This document shows, one piece after another, positions 62,311-64,000 of a DNA stretch of 64,000 nucleotides. The DNA comes from an uncultured virus (IMG/VR IMGVR_UViG_3300047576_000059) (taxonomy: Duplodnaviria; Heunggongvirae; Uroviricota; Caudoviricetes), in the IMG/VR virus record IMGVR_UViG_3300047576_000059; one strand, 5' to 3'. Both the position numbers and the translations under genes were made by a program. Below the pieces are notes generated by a model that worked only from the letters and a program-made list of their open reading frames with translations, did not search any database and had not been told where the DNA came from. Numbering within the stretch: position 1 is the first letter of the stretch; every line of letters starts with the position of its first letter.

Positions 62311-62637
62311 TCAGGCTTCGGCGACGAAGATAATTCGACCTTTGATTTCTGGCCCATCATAGAAATATTCACCGGGGTTGTGGGCTTCATAGACATCTTT
62401 TGCCAACACCATTACACGCAATACGTGCGCGTTCTCTCCCTCGACGACAGCGACATGTTGGGCGTGGCCTATCGCCCAGTTTTGGTTGCGGGTCACGTAA
62501 TCCATCGAATGAAGCATCATCTCGGTCGTCACCACGGCGCGATAGATGACGACGTATTTTTCTTTATAGCCGGTTTCCGGCAGGCATTTGCCCCTCTCAC
62601 TTCGGCGATCTTCATTGAGGATTTCGTTGATTAGCAT
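62311..62637 (-). CDS. Small ART-like fold protein with leader MLINEILNE
   Basis: VIYRAV...DYVT....A..H...VL...V.AKDV...GEYFY pattern. Confidence 0.55.
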   Translation of the reverse strand: MLINEILNEDRRSERGKCLPETGYKEKYVVIYRAVVTTEMMLHSMDYVTRNQNWAIGHAQHVAVVEGENAHVLRVMVLAKDVYEAHNPGEYFYDGPEIKGRIIFVAEA

Positions 62638-62645
62638 CGTGATAC

Positions 62646-64000
62646 TCAGTAGTTGTTGACAACTGATTTGCTGGCTCCGCTGCCACCATCGCTGATCGCG
62701 CCACTGCCATTGATGTTATTCAGGGTAATGACATAGCGGTTGCTCGCGCCGGTCGCCACCGTGACACTGCCGGTATTGAACCCCCAGACCTCCGAGGTTC
62801 CAAGAGCATTACCGATGATGCTGAAATCAGTGACGTTGGCGGATATCTGGATCGCCGAACCACTTGAACCATAAATCTGGTTCTCGGTGATGATCGTGTT
62901 GACCCCGGCGTCGATCTGAATGCCATAGGGAACATTGGCGATCTGGCAACCACGAATGGTCGCGTCACCCGAGAAACCGGTGGTCAGATTGATGCCATCG
63001 GATACCGCCTCGCAGGAATTCGCGTAGGTCAGGTTCTCGATCAACAGGCCAGCACCCGAAGTGGCTCTCAGACCAAATTCGAGATAACTGTCGCAATCGG
63101 AATCGGTGATGGTGTTCTTCTGGGGTCCGGTTCCGGCCAGTGTATTGGTCAGATAGATGCCGCCACGATAGGCACCCGACATGTCGCAATGATGGAAATA
63201 GTTGACATTCGCGCCGGTATCGAGATTGACCGCCACCGTTCCGGTGCCGCAGGCGGTTTGCCAGGTCACGCCATTATCGATGATATTGGAACCAAACTGT
63301 AATGGTGTTGGCGCGGTGCTTCCCGAAGTGCCACCCGAGACGCATTGCAGATAATAGCCGCCCGTCGAGCAAACTTGATTCTGACTATAAGAATGTGACG
63401 CGACCCAGGCTCCGGTCAGTTGTGAGGCGACGGGTGCGACATTGGTTGGCCAGACCTGATCGATCTTGACTCGCTCGAAGAAACATGCTCCGGCGTTCTG
63501 CACCACCACTGAAGCGGTGCCACTGGAGTTGTAGATTTTATCGCGGGTGAAACAATTATCCGCCGCGCCACCGTTCACCAACAGCGGAATGTAGCCACCC
63601 GTGATGTTGCAATCGGTGATTTTACTTTCGACGCATCCGTTGAATTGCACGGTTGGCATCGTGTTGATCGCGAGATGTGGATCATCGATCCACATGTTCT
63701 CAAAGGCGATGGCACCGCCAATGACTTCGAACATGCCGACGCCAGCCGTCAGCGCCTGAAGCAGAGTATTCTGCGTACTATGTCCGGCGAGCCGGAGGCC
63801 GGTGGTGTCGATGACCAGTTTTGTTCCGGTACGATAATATCCGGTTGGAAAAATCAGCGGGCTGATGCCAACTGCTGTGCAATAAGTTATCGCGTTCTGA
63901 AGCGCCGTGTAGTCATTCGTCGTACCGTCACCCTTGGCACCGAACCATTTCACAGATATTCCATCTTTGATACTAAAACGATACCAACTTCTGCTCGACG
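62646..64000 (-). CDS. Right-handed beta-helix (pectate-lyase-like) tailspike/depolymerase, 5' end outside the window
   Basis: SVKWFGAKGDGTTNDYTALQNAI...FPTGYY motif and Asn-rich beta-helix rungs; the frame is open to the window end. Confidence 0.8.
   Translation of the reverse strand, partial: SSRSWYRFSIKDGISVKWFGAKGDGTTNDYTALQNAITYCTAVGISPLIFPTGYYRTGTKLVIDTTGLRLAGHSTQNTLLQALTAGVGMFEVIGGAIAFENMWIDDPHLAINTMPTVQFNGCVESKITDCNITGGYIPLLVNGGAADNCFTRDKIYNSSGTASVVVQNAGACFFERVKIDQVWPTNVAPVASQLTGAWVASHSYSQNQVCSTGGYYLQCVSGGTSGSTAPTPLQFGSNIIDNGVTWQTACGTGTVAVNLDTGANVNYFHHCDMSGAYRGGIYLTNTLAGTGPQKNTITDSDCDSYLEFGLRATSGAGLLIENLTYANSCEAVSDGINLTTGFSGDATIRGCQIANVPYGIQIDAGVNTIITENQIYGSSGSAIQISANVTDFSIIGNALGTSEVWGFNTGSVTVATGASNRYVITLNNINGSGAISDGGSGASKSVVNNY

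Noticed and set aside
1..64000. tRNA or rRNA genes
   Set aside because: No cloverleaf or rRNA-like sequence recognised by eye; tRNAscan-SE or ARAGORN would be needed to exclude them

Overview
This window is most consistent with part of a large (jumbo-type) T4-like myovirus genome. The first 25 nt are a library adapter (SMART/template-switch oligo). Contents, left to right: (1) a truncated dCMP deaminase; (2) a late module with three tandem Gly-rich fibre/adhesin paralogs, a TPR-glycosyltransferase and a 4075-aa Ser/Thr/acidic repeat protein with a lectin-like tip; (3) an accessory region with a Pol-beta-type nucleotidyltransferase, a GG-terminated protein and its coupled partner, PadR, a SprT protease and ART-like proteins; (4) a minus-strand baseplate/tail block whose ~11.6-kb gene is broken by probable sequencing indels; (5) late genes (GNAT, ART, two WCT-motif paralogs, PcfJ-like), most of which share short N-terminal leaders ending in [LI]-x-E that resemble T4 capsid-targeting/prohead-protease signals; (6) an unannotated ~400-nt highly structured RNA at about 53550-53947; (7) an isolated, shortened gp23-family capsid paralog; (8) small early genes behind duplicated sigma70 promoters; (9) a beta-helix tailspike running off the right end. 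The best novelty candidates are the large ncRNA, the leader-tagged suite of putative virion-packaged effectors, and a possible phage-encoded glycosylated giant fibre. Family calls come from motif recognition by eye, not from database searches.
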